Positions 8,735-16,699 of a DNA stretch of 20,409 nucleotides are shown here, piece by piece. A program made the position numbers and the translations under genes. Below the pieces are notes generated by a model. That model was not told the origin of the DNA. It saw nothing but the letters and a program-made list of their open reading frames with translations, and ran no database searches. Every line of letters starts with the position of its first letter. Positions within the stretch are counted from its first letter, which is position 1. The stretch spans positions 1 through 20,409 of the forward strand of contig CAXHAT010000148.1 in the NCBI GenBank assembly GCA_964014485.1. Direction: 5' to 3'. The stretch comes from an uncultured Deferribacteres bacterium (GTDB taxonomy: Bacteria; Zhuqueibacterota; Zhuqueibacteria; Zhuqueibacterales; Geothermadaptataceae).

Positions 8735-9439
8735 ATGAAATATTTGTACGCGACCGTTTTTCTTATGGCGTCGGTTTTGTCAGCGGATTTCTCGCCGAGT
8801 TATTCACAACCGTCTGAGCAAGTTGCATTCGCTCCCGTTTCTTCAAGCAAGCTTGCGTTGTTCGGCGTTTCAAATCTGAGCCAATTTGTTTTCAAGACGG
8901 ACGACATTCAAGGCGAAGGCGTGTTTTGCCTGATACGAAAAGAAAGCAGCGCCAGTGCCATAGACAGCGTCGTGGGATACACGGTGGAAATTTCTCTGCC
9001 GATTCAAAGTCTCAAAAGCGGCAATCCGCTGATGGATGCGGATATGCACGAGACGCTCAAAGCGGAAGAATACGCCTATATCCACTATGCGTTGTCAAGT
9101 TTTGAAATAGAAAAGCAAAAAGCCGGGAAGTATGGCTTAAGAACATTTGGAATGCTGACGCTGGCAGGCGTTAAAAATGACGTCGAAATGGTCGTCGATA
9201 TTGAAAGCTTGGACGGCAATCGATTCCGGGTTCGAGGACAAAAAACGTTGCGAATGACCGAGTTTGGCATTAGGCCGCCCGCAGCTCTTGGCGGCTTGGT
9301 TAAGACAAAAGACCAGATTTTGATTCGCTTCGACGTCCAGGCTGCTCCGAAAAAAGCGATTCTCGCAAACACGGAACAGCGAAATCTCATAACAGATAAA
9401 GATTGCAACGGCAACGATACAAAAAAGCGAGGTGAATGA
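8735..9439 (+). CDS. Second YceI-family periplasmic protein (paralog)
   Basis: 234 aa. Signal peptide, GVSNLSQF, LKSGNPLMDADMHETLKAEEY, GMLTLAGVK, MTEFGIRPP..GLVKT. Starts 3 nt after the previous stop. Confidence 0.88.
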   Translation: MKYLYATVFLMASVLSADFSPSYSQPSEQVAFAPVSSSKLALFGVSNLSQFVFKTDDIQGEGVFCLIRKESSASAIDSVVGYTVEISLPIQSLKSGNPLMDADMHETLKAEEYAYIHYALSSFEIEKQKAGKYGLRTFGMLTLAGVKNDVEMVVDIESLDGNRFRVRGQKTLRMTEFGIRPPAALGGLVKTKDQILIRFDVQAAPKKAILANTEQRNLITDKDCNGNDTKKRGE

Positions 9440-9921
9440 TGAGCCGATTAACAGCAAAAGACGTGATGAATCGAAATATCATCAGCGTTTCCGAAGAGTG
9501 GCCTTTGTCAAAACTGGCGCGCATTTTCCTGGATAAAAATATCTCAGGCGCTCCGGTTGTGGATGCTTCCAATCAAATAACCGGCGTTGTTTCCGCGATG
9601 GACGTCGTTCGCAGCGAGGCCGTGACGAACCATGAAATCTACAAAGATTTGTCCGCCGGTTATTACTTGCATGAATGGGAAGACCAGGTCAGCATGGATG
9701 AGTTTTCTCGTTTTCACGTTGAAGAAGAAAACGAGAAAACAGTCGGCCAAATCATGACGCCAATGGTTTTCAAAACGGATGTTGACACGCCGGTATCTGA
9801 GTTGGCAAGCATGATGGTTCATGGCCGAATTCACAGGGTTTTGATTACCGAGAAAGAGAAAGTGGTCGGTATCGTCTCCGCGCTGGATTTGGTGGCTTTG
9901 CTTGAAGAACCAAAAAAATAG
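9436..9921 (+). CDS. CBS-domain pair protein (Bateman module)
   Basis: 161 aa. AKDVMNR..ISGAPVVD..GVVSAMD and VGQIMT..IHRVLI..GIVSALD. ATGA overlap with the upstream yceI stop suggests translational coupling. Confidence 0.92.
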   Translation: MMSRLTAKDVMNRNIISVSEEWPLSKLARIFLDKNISGAPVVDASNQITGVVSAMDVVRSEAVTNHEIYKDLSAGYYLHEWEDQVSMDEFSRFHVEEENEKTVGQIMTPMVFKTDVDTPVSELASMMVHGRIHRVLITEKEKVVGIVSALDLVALLEEPKK

Positions 9922-9968
9922 CGCCTTCTTAAAGCAGTGAGCAGCCGAGCGGAAACGGAATCGTCTCG

Positions 9969-10002
9969 TGAAAATAATTTCAACATCTTGAAAATATCTT
10001 CA
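9969..10002. promoter_or_regulatory. Tandem palindromic operator-like sites
   Basis: TGAAAATAATTTCA (9969-9982) and TGAAAATATCTTCA (9989-10002) have a 20-bp period and are enclosed by the IR AAACGGAATCG/CGATTCCGTTT (9953-10015). Confidence 0.5.
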
Positions 10003-10147
10003 ATCGATTCCGTTTTCGAAAATTCATTTCTTGCCTCAGTAAATATTTGTTTTTAATAATTTTGGGAGCGTTTGAAGTCCTTTGGCATGTTGTGTGTATT
10101 AGGCCGAGCAGTACTCATGTTATTGCCACTAACCAAAGGACTGAAAA

Positions 10148-11791
10148 ATGTTTAAAAAGATCTCCATCATATCAGCCTGCCTTGTTTTCTTTTGTTTCAA
10201 TGCCGGTCTCGCCCAACATAATCACGCCCATCATCAGACGCCTGTTGAAGTTGACGCCGACGCGCTCGGCAAAATCGATTTTCCAATCACCGGCGGTCTT
10301 GGCGTTCAGAAGCAGTTCGAACGCGGTCTTGCATTGCTGCATCACATGATGTACGTCATGGCGGACAAGGAATTTACCGCTTTGGCAAAAGCAAAGCCCA
10401 ATTGTGCAATGGCGCATTGGGGCGTTGCGATAGCCATTTTCCATCCTCTGTGGTCGATGAAGCCTTCGCCGGAAAAAATGGAACGAGGCGAGGCTGCTAT
10501 TCGAAAAGCCCAGTCGATCACAGGAATTTCCGAACGCGAACGTGACTTTATCAACGCCGCCTCTGAGCTTTATCATGATTGGCAAAATGTTGATTACAAC
10601 ACGCGCATCGCGGCTTGGGAACAGGCCCAGAAAAAACTGCACGAAAAATATCCGGAAGACGTCGACGCCGCCGCATTCTACGCACTGGCGCAATTGGCGA
10701 CGGCTCCGAAATCCGATCAAACTTTCAGTCATCAAAAAAGTGCCGGGGCTTTGCTGGACAAACTCTTTGCGAAGCGCCCTGAACATCCCGGCGTTTTGCA
10801 TTACACAATCCATGCTTATGACAATCCGATGCTGGCGGAGCGCGCCGTTCCTGCTTCCCGCGCCTACGATAAAATCGCGCCGGACGTGCCGCATGCGCTC
10901 CACATGCCGACGCACATTTTCGTCAGGCTCGGTATTTGGCCGGACGCGATTAGCTGGAATATTCGATCCGCAAAGGCGGCGTTGAAATATCCGGCGAAAG
11001 ACGCCATTTCCCTGCACTATCCGCACGCGCTGGATTATTTGACTTACGGCTATCTGCAAAGAGGCGAAGACGCCAACGCTAAAGCGACTTTGAAAAAGCT
11101 TTTTGAGAATGAGAACTATCAATATTCGACGGCGACGGGCTACGCCTTGGCCGCAATCCCGGCGCGCTATGCGCTCGAACGCAAACAATGGACGGACGCT
11201 GCAAAACTTGAAGTGCTGAACTGGAATAATTTCCCGTGGGAAAAATATTCTGAATTCGCTTCGATAACCTGGTTCGCCAAAGGACTCGGCGCGGCTCGCA
11301 GCGGAGATATTGCAACCGCTCAAACTTCTGCAAATGAGCTCAAATCCATTCACGGCGATTTAAAAGAAGGCGGGGAAAATTATTGGGCCGTCTTGACCGC
11401 CGCTCAGAAGCAAACAGTTGAAGCGTGGATTGCTTTTGCTAAAAATGAAAAACGCCAAGCGGTTGAAATGATGCGCGAAGCCGCTGATCTTGAAGATTCT
11501 GTAGATAAGCATCCCGTAACGCCGGGCGCGGTTTTACCAGCCAGAGAATTGCTTGGCGACATGCTGGTCTTGCTGAATCAGCCAAAGCAAGCAATCGAAG
11601 CTTACGAAGACGCCTTGAAAATCTCGCCAAACCGTCTCAACAGCCTGACCGGCGCGGCGCGGGCGGCTGAACTTGCCGGGAAAAAGAAACTTGCAAAGTC
11701 TTATTATGAAAAGGTTTTGGCGGTCGCCCCCGACTCGGACAGAGAAAGTAAAGAACTCAAGCGCGCCAGAAAATTCCTGACCGCCCGTTAA
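10148..11791 (+). CDS. Secreted TPR/alpha-helical repeat protein with clustered His motifs, function unknown
   Basis: 547 aa. Signal peptide ending AGLA followed by QHNHAHHQ. TPR-like helices and motifs HPGVLHYTIHAYD, PHALHMPTHIFVRLG, HYPHALDY. AAGGA RBS. Confidence 0.8.
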   Translation: MFKKISIISACLVFFCFNAGLAQHNHAHHQTPVEVDADALGKIDFPITGGLGVQKQFERGLALLHHMMYVMADKEFTALAKAKPNCAMAHWGVAIAIFHPLWSMKPSPEKMERGEAAIRKAQSITGISERERDFINAASELYHDWQNVDYNTRIAAWEQAQKKLHEKYPEDVDAAAFYALAQLATAPKSDQTFSHQKSAGALLDKLFAKRPEHPGVLHYTIHAYDNPMLAERAVPASRAYDKIAPDVPHALHMPTHIFVRLGIWPDAISWNIRSAKAALKYPAKDAISLHYPHALDYLTYGYLQRGEDANAKATLKKLFENENYQYSTATGYALAAIPARYALERKQWTDAAKLEVLNWNNFPWEKYSEFASITWFAKGLGAARSGDIATAQTSANELKSIHGDLKEGGENYWAVLTAAQKQTVEAWIAFAKNEKRQAVEMMREAADLEDSVDKHPVTPGAVLPARELLGDMLVLLNQPKQAIEAYEDALKISPNRLNSLTGAARAAELAGKKKLAKSYYEKVLAVAPDSDRESKELKRARKFLTAR

Positions 11792-11835
11792 GCGTTATCC
11801 CCCCTGATGCGTTAAACCAGCCGATTGGCTGATTG

Positions 11836-11870
11836 ACCGGCGGCGGACTTGCTCCGCCGCCGGTTTTTTA
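11836..11870 (+). terminator. Rho-independent terminator
   Basis: Perfect 12-bp stem ACCGGCGGCGGA / TCCGCCGCCGGT, 5-nt loop, followed by a T-run. Confidence 0.9.
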
Positions 11871-11976
11871 TAACCGCTTCCCTCCAATGGAAATTGGGCG
11901 GTCTCGAAGCGGTTGAGCATCCGCTCCATTCGGTAAAGCTTGAGATTCTCTGCTCCAGACTTTGTGAATCTCTAAC

Positions 11977-13332
11977 TCACCTCATCAAAATCATTTTTCC
12001 CCACCCCTGAAACCTTTTCCCAACCCGAAGCGCGTAAAAGTAGAGACCGCTTGCCGCACGCTTCCCATTATTCGTGCGTCCGTCCCAAACAATTCGATGC
12101 AAGCCCGCACTCAGACGATCTGAAACTAAATGACGAACAACCCTGCCGCGATTATCAAAAATGCGCAGCGATACGGCGGACGGCTCAGAAATCTCGAATT
12201 GAATTGTGGTCATCGGATTAAAAGGATTGGGATAGGCGGGGAACAGGATCGACGTATTTCCTTTGTCCGTTTCTTGAATATCGATGGCAGTGACAAGATC
12301 AACCGCTTGATTTAAAGCGCGGACAAGTTTGAGCGTTTCCGACAAATGATCACGGACAATGCGATGCTGTTCGATGTGAATAAAACGCCCGGTGACGCTG
12401 GAGGCCGGAGTGGTGCACGGCGTTTCCGAGCCGTTCGTAAACCTTCCCTGTACATTCGTTGAGCCGACAAACGGGCATTGACTTCCGTCATTGATCATCG
12501 CGACCGTCATCCCGCCTTCGTCAAGCAGCAAGCTCTTTAAATTTGCCAAAATCGGCTTTGCATCCGTGCGATGGCCGTTGCTTAGAAAAACGTCTTCGCA
12601 CCTTTCCGAACTTTGGCCGTGCAAGCTAATCGCATAAATCGTCGGGGCCAGGCGAGTCACTGTTTCGTGAAAAATCTGAAACGGCGTTTGGACGGCGTGC
12701 GCCATGTCGGAAATGTGATAAACGCCGTCGCCGCAACTCGATGATGTTCCGTCGCAGGGAGATTGCTGAAATGAGGCGCAGCGATGCGCACCGGCCATGA
12801 TGAGAAAGCGCGATTCTGTTCTGCGAAAAACCTCGAAGCCCTGCAAATGAGTATTTGTATCGTGAATGGGGTGAGGCGTTTCAATGATCATTTCCCGCGT
12901 CGCATCGGGGTTGATCACAAAAGTTCCCCAGCCCTTTACAACGGGGATGTTTTCAAAAAGGACAAAATATGTTCGATTCCGGTAACCTGTGTCTTCAAAA
13001 TGAACGAGGGAATAAAATGGAAAATGGCGGTTTCGCAAGCTGTCCGCCTGTGTGATTTCTTGCAAGTACAACAGTTCGCTCAACGTGCGCCAAATCTCGA
13101 TTTCATTTTGTGACGGCGCTGAATATCCGTCGCTGTTTTTGGCCGGCATATTGGCGCGTCGTTCAGCCGCAAAAGTAACAAGATCGCCTTGCAAGGAATC
13201 GATTTGGCAAAGTCCGATTTCTGGCGCGCCAGTCGAAGCCAAAACCAAAAGAATTGCAAACATTCCTCGGCGGGAAATTCCGGCGAAGATGTTGCATTTC
13301 CGGTAACGATTGGTTATCATTCGCACTTTCAT
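11977..13332 (-). CDS. Secreted protein: putative zinc hydrolase-like domain plus C-terminal FlgD-Ig / T9SS type A-like sorting domain (start uncertain, 13332 or 13263)
   Basis: Hydrophobic signal MFAILLVLASTGA. Motifs ETPHPIHDTNT, AGAHR, SDMAH, ISLHG, FIHIEQ. C-terminal AYPNPFNPMTTIQF..IFDNRGRVVRHL..WDGRTNNGKRAASGLYFY. Confidence 0.78.
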   Translation of the reverse strand: MKVRMITNRYRKCNIFAGISRRGMFAILLVLASTGAPEIGLCQIDSLQGDLVTFAAERRANMPAKNSDGYSAPSQNEIEIWRTLSELLYLQEITQADSLRNRHFPFYSLVHFEDTGYRNRTYFVLFENIPVVKGWGTFVINPDATREMIIETPHPIHDTNTHLQGFEVFRRTESRFLIMAGAHRCASFQQSPCDGTSSSCGDGVYHISDMAHAVQTPFQIFHETVTRLAPTIYAISLHGQSSERCEDVFLSNGHRTDAKPILANLKSLLLDEGGMTVAMINDGSQCPFVGSTNVQGRFTNGSETPCTTPASSVTGRFIHIEQHRIVRDHLSETLKLVRALNQAVDLVTAIDIQETDKGNTSILFPAYPNPFNPMTTIQFEISEPSAVSLRIFDNRGRVVRHLVSDRLSAGLHRIVWDGRTNNGKRAASGLYFYALRVGKRFQGWGKMILMR

Positions 13333-13355
13333 TGTCTCACGAGCCGAAACTCTTC

Positions 13356-13946
13356 ATGTCTGATTCGAAGCCAGTCATTAACGAAGCCGATCTCATCCGT
13401 AAAATCCAAGCGTCCGACGCCCAAGCTTTTAAGCGGCTTGCCGAAATTTATTATGACGCCATGTACCGTTTTCTGTGGCGCAAAACCCGCCAGGAAGATG
13501 CGTCCCAAGACTTGGTTCAGGAACTTTTTCTCAACCTCTGGAAGGCGCGCACGCGTTTGCAGCCCGAAAAACCGATCAAAGCTTTTCTCTACCGCGCCGC
13601 GAACAATCTTGCCATTGACCATCTTCGCAAAAAAGTCAACCGACAAAAACATTTTTCTGAAGAATTAGAGTTCGAGCCTGTTGTCCAGGACGGCGCGCAA
13701 GAGCGTCTGCGCGACAGCATTGACGCAGCATTGGCCGAACTGCCGGAGCCGCAGCGTATCGTTTTCATGATGAACCGCCACGAAGGTTTGAAGTACAGAG
13801 AAATTGCGGAAATGCTGGAAATTTCGGTGAAGACCGTTGAAAGCCGTATGAGCAAAGCGCTAAGATTTCTGCGTGAGAATTTGAAACATCTTTTGAGCGG
13901 CTTGTTGCTTTTTGAAGTGATTCGATTGTTATGCTTTTTAACCTGA
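13356..13946 (+). CDS. ECF RNA polymerase sigma-70 factor (FecI-like, Bacteroidota expansion type)
   Basis: Region 2 DLVQELFLNLW..FLYRAANNLAIDHLRK and region 4 LPEPQRIVFMMNRHEGLKYREIAEMLEISVKTVESRMSKAL. Start moved from 13254 to the ATG at 13356 because the extension overlaps the divergent gene and is not sigma-like. Confidence 0.93.
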   Translation: MSDSKPVINEADLIRKIQASDAQAFKRLAEIYYDAMYRFLWRKTRQEDASQDLVQELFLNLWKARTRLQPEKPIKAFLYRAANNLAIDHLRKKVNRQKHFSEELEFEPVVQDGAQERLRDSIDAALAELPEPQRIVFMMNRHEGLKYREIAEMLEISVKTVESRMSKALRFLRENLKHLLSGLLLFEVIRLLCFLT

Positions 13947-13959
13947 TCTATTCATCAGC

Positions 13960-14152
13960 GTCATTCCCGCGCGGGCGCATAAGCGTCAACTTAAGCGTGC
14001 GAAGCACGCGGAAGTCCCCTTCTGGGAGGGGAAAGGGGTGGGTTTCGGGCGTTGTCGAAATGACGATAGGCTCAAAAACACACCCCTAACCCCTCCTCGG
14101 AAGGGAATTTTTAAGCGCTTCGCGCTTAGGTTGACGCGCAGGCGAGTATGAC
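13960..14152. repeat. Nested REP/MITE-like inverted-repeat element
   Basis: Outer GTCATTCCCGC (13960) / GCGAGTATGAC (14152). Next GCGTCAACTTAAG (13983) / CTTAGGTTGACGC (14137). Inner CCCCTTCTGGGAGGGGAAAGGGGTGGGT / ACACACCCCTAACCCCTCCTCGGAAGGG. Confidence 0.8.
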
Positions 14153-14209
14153 ATTTGGGCAATAAAGTCTAAATTGACCTTGTCATTTGTGATTTCTAAA
14201 GGATCGGAG

Positions 14210-14236
14210 TAGGGTTTTTGAAAATTCAGATCGTAG
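14210..14236 (+). promoter_or_regulatory. Candidate ECF-sigma promoter upstream of the lipoprotein
   Basis: TAGGGT-N15-TCGTAG downstream of the ECF gene, with a CGT-type -10 typical of ECF promoters. Inference only. Confidence 0.35.
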
Positions 14237-14339
14237 TCGAATGGTGAAAACGGCGCTCATTACAATCAACGTTTATTGATTGAGATGACCCGAAACAACT
14301 CTCACCAAGGATTAAAACCGACTACGGAGGTCGAAATTT

Positions 14340-15380
14340 ATGAAAACCCTGAAACTCGCTTTTCTTTTACTCGGCGTTCTGGCCGCGGCGGCTTGTAACA
14401 CTTCATTGAACGGCCCGAACAATTCCAATCAAGATGATGATTTTGCCGGCGCTTCGAGCTTTTTGGTTAATAAGCAAATCGCCAGCTTCCAGGCGGCGGG
14501 CGTTGACGTTAACGGCGTTGAAGCTTTCTTTTCCGTCGGCTGGTCGCCGCACTACGACGAAGACGCCGACAACGCGCCGATGGACGCATTGTTCAGCGAC
14601 GCTTTCGCGATAGCCTTGCAAAACGCGGGCGGAGATATTGAGATGGCGACTGGGCTCGACATGGGCGCGGTTACGTTGCACTACCCGTCGTCTTCAATCG
14701 AATTGCTCAAGTCGCAATATGATGATTTCGGCTGTTTTTACGATCTGTACGGCGAAGATTTTGACGACGACGACGCAGCGTCTTTTGAGCAAAATCAGGT
14801 TCCTTTCACGCCAGGTGCGGTTTACCGTTTCGAAGCGACAGGGGCGGGCGAATTCGCGCCGATCAGCCTGGAATTAGCCGCGCCGTCGCGAGCAGTGCAA
14901 ATCACGAATCCCGAAAGCGACCCGGCCTTGCCGCATGATCAAACGCAGCCGTTGACCGTCACCTGGGAAGCTTGGGAAGGCTCTGATTCGCTGATGATTT
15001 ACGTTTTTCCTTTCTTCGATGATGATTATGGTGATGAAGATTGCGAAGATGACGATGACGGCGATCATGACAGCGATGACGACGATGATTATGAAGATGA
15101 TGACGACGATGACGAAGAGTATGGCGAATACGGCGAGAACGGCCACCATCTGGACGATGAGTTTGAAGATTTAGGCGAACCGTTCATGGTCGTTGTCAAC
15201 GCCAGCGCCGGACAATACACGATTTCCCCTGAGACATTGCAAAATCTGCTCGGACAACTTGGCGCGGAAATGATTTTTGTCGAAGTCGCTTTTCTCAACG
15301 TTCATGAAATGGAGCAAAACGGCGCGCGCTACGCCATCGAGCTTTACACCTCGGATTTTCATGAGTTTTTTGTAAAATAG
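14340..15380 (+). CDS. Extremely acidic lipoprotein of unknown function
   Basis: 346 aa. SPII signal MKTLKLAFLLLGVLAAAA-C19, GGAGG RBS. Asp/Glu tract at 15018-15170 (34 of 51 residues). Only 6 Lys/Arg in the mature chain. Confidence 0.85.
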   Translation: MKTLKLAFLLLGVLAAAACNTSLNGPNNSNQDDDFAGASSFLVNKQIASFQAAGVDVNGVEAFFSVGWSPHYDEDADNAPMDALFSDAFAIALQNAGGDIEMATGLDMGAVTLHYPSSSIELLKSQYDDFGCFYDLYGEDFDDDDAASFEQNQVPFTPGAVYRFEATGAGEFAPISLELAAPSRAVQITNPESDPALPHDQTQPLTVTWEAWEGSDSLMIYVFPFFDDDYGDEDCEDDDDGDHDSDDDDDYEDDDDDDEEYGEYGENGHHLDDEFEDLGEPFMVVVNASAGQYTISPETLQNLLGQLGAEMIFVEVAFLNVHEMEQNGARYAIELYTSDFHEFFVK

Positions 15381-15400
15381 ACTGTCGCTGCCGCGAAACG

Positions 15401-15481
15401 AATGATCCTGCGCCCGCGAAATTCCGGCGCGCAGGGTCATTTTGACGTTAGCAAAGGAGTATTGAAAAATGCTCCTTTTTT
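15401..15481 (+). terminator. Two tandem terminator-like hairpins after the lipoprotein
   Basis: ATGATCCTGCGC/GCGCAGGGTCAT followed by TTT (15402-15443), and AAAGGAGTATT/AATGCTCCTTT followed by a T-run (15453-15481). Confidence 0.6.
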
Positions 15482-15581
15482 GACAGGATCAACCAGATTA
15501 ACGGGATCGGTTTTCATCGTCATTTTAGATACGAGACATCAAGTAGCCTATGATCCTGTCAATCTCGTTGATCCCGTCAAA
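15479..15581. repeat. Inverted pair of short tandem-unit repeats (ACAGGAT-type, 9-nt period)
   Basis: TTTGACAGGATCAACCAGATTAACGGGATC (15479-15508) matches the reverse complement of 15552-15581 at 26/30. Confidence 0.75.
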
Positions 15582-15653
15582 GAACATTCTAAGCAACATC
15601 AGGAGACGCAAATCGAGAAATTGCGACGAATCGAATACTTCGGATAAAAAACC

Positions 15654-16661
15654 ATGCAAAACCATGACGATACAATTTTGATTCACCGCTTCCTTGCCGG
15701 AGAAGCGACCGCTGCCGAAGCCGACGCCCTGCAAAAATGGCTCGAAGCGTCTCCTGAAAATCAAAAACAGTTTGACCAAATCGAAAAGCTCTGGCAAAAC
15801 GCCGACGCCCCACAACCGGAAAACGTCCCGGCTTTTGCTGAATTTTGGCAAAATATTGAAGGCAAAATCGAGGAAAAACCGATGCAGTCACAAGCGAAAA
15901 TTGTGGAGATGAAAAAAGGCGAAAAAGAGTTTTCAATGAGCGGGAACTGGAAATGGCTCGCCCTTGCCGCCAGCGTGATTCTGGTTGTTTCGGCTACTCT
16001 TTTTTTCCAGCGCGCGCGAGTTGACGCCGATGCGGTTTATCAAACCGCCAACGCAGAGCAACAGCAATTCGCCCTGCCCGACGGCACGCACATCACGCTT
16101 AACCACGCCAGTAAACTCTCCTTGCGCGAAAATCTCTCCGGCGACGAACGCCGCGTTTATCTCGAAGGCCAAGCCTTTTTCGACGTTTTCAACGACGGCC
16201 GTCCTTTCATCATCGCGACGGAAAACGCGGAGATTCGCGTTCTCGGCACGCGCTTCGACGTGCGGTCGCGCGACCGGAAGACGCAAGTTGTGGTTGAAGA
16301 AGGTAAAGTTTCCGTGGCTTCACTGGTAAATGCTGAGGATTCAATCACCCTCGAAGCGGATCAAAAATCCGTCGTTATCGATGATGCAACGCCAAGCCCG
16401 GCAGAAGCCGTCAACGCCGCGATTTTCTATGCCTGGCGTGCCAAAAAATATGTTTTTGATGATGTGCCTCTGGGCGAAATTGCCGCTGAATTGCAACGCA
16501 TTTTCAACGTACAAATCTGGCTCGGCAGCGACATCGACCGGGAAAACCTACAGATCGTCGTCGAAGGCCAGCCGATCCATCAAGTGCTCACTTCTATCGC
16601 CTTGACGCTAGACTTGTCCTACGAATTAAAGGAAGGCGTGCATATGCTTTCTGCGCGTTAG
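15654..16661 (+). CDS. fecR: FecR-family anti-sigma factor / transmembrane signal transducer
   Basis: 335 aa. N-terminal LQKWLEASPENQKQFDQIEKLW, TM WLALAASVILVVSATLFF, then LPDGTHITLN, RRVYLEGQAFFDV, IRVLGTRFDV, VEEGKV, AWR..FDDVPLGEI. Confidence 0.95.
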   Translation: MQNHDDTILIHRFLAGEATAAEADALQKWLEASPENQKQFDQIEKLWQNADAPQPENVPAFAEFWQNIEGKIEEKPMQSQAKIVEMKKGEKEFSMSGNWKWLALAASVILVVSATLFFQRARVDADAVYQTANAEQQQFALPDGTHITLNHASKLSLRENLSGDERRVYLEGQAFFDVFNDGRPFIIATENAEIRVLGTRFDVRSRDRKTQVVVEEGKVSVASLVNAEDSITLEADQKSVVIDDATPSPAEAVNAAIFYAWRAKKYVFDDVPLGEIAAELQRIFNVQIWLGSDIDRENLQIVVEGQPIHQVLTSIALTLDLSYELKEGVHMLSAR

Positions 16662-16699
16662 GCATTTTGGAAATTTTGAAGTGAAAACGGCGGGCGGGA

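Noticed and set aside
10172..11353. 393-aa antisense ORF
   Set aside because: It lies wholly opposite the TPR gene with no recognisable motifs, as expected for a shadow ORF from codon bias. The same applies to the other short antisense and alternate-frame ORFs.
13254..13355. N-terminal extension of the ECF sigma ORF
   Set aside because: TTG start, overlaps the divergent secreted-protein gene and is not sigma-like. The ATG at 13356 gives a normal ECF length.
14198..14300. Resemblance to a yybP-ykoY (Mn2+) riboswitch (GGAGTAG...CTCATTAC)
   Set aside because: The closing GCAAGACC/CGAGACC element and four-way junction could not be built by eye. Kept only as a generic structured leader pending an Rfam scan.
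15525..15936. Minus-strand ORFs of 108 and 115 aa overlapping the fecR start
   Set aside because: They are antisense to the well-supported fecR and partly within a repeat, with no motifs.
16659..16685. Sequence at the fecR stop resembling the putative ECF promoter at 14210
   Set aside because: The similarity is mostly A/T runs and the CGT -10 element is missing.
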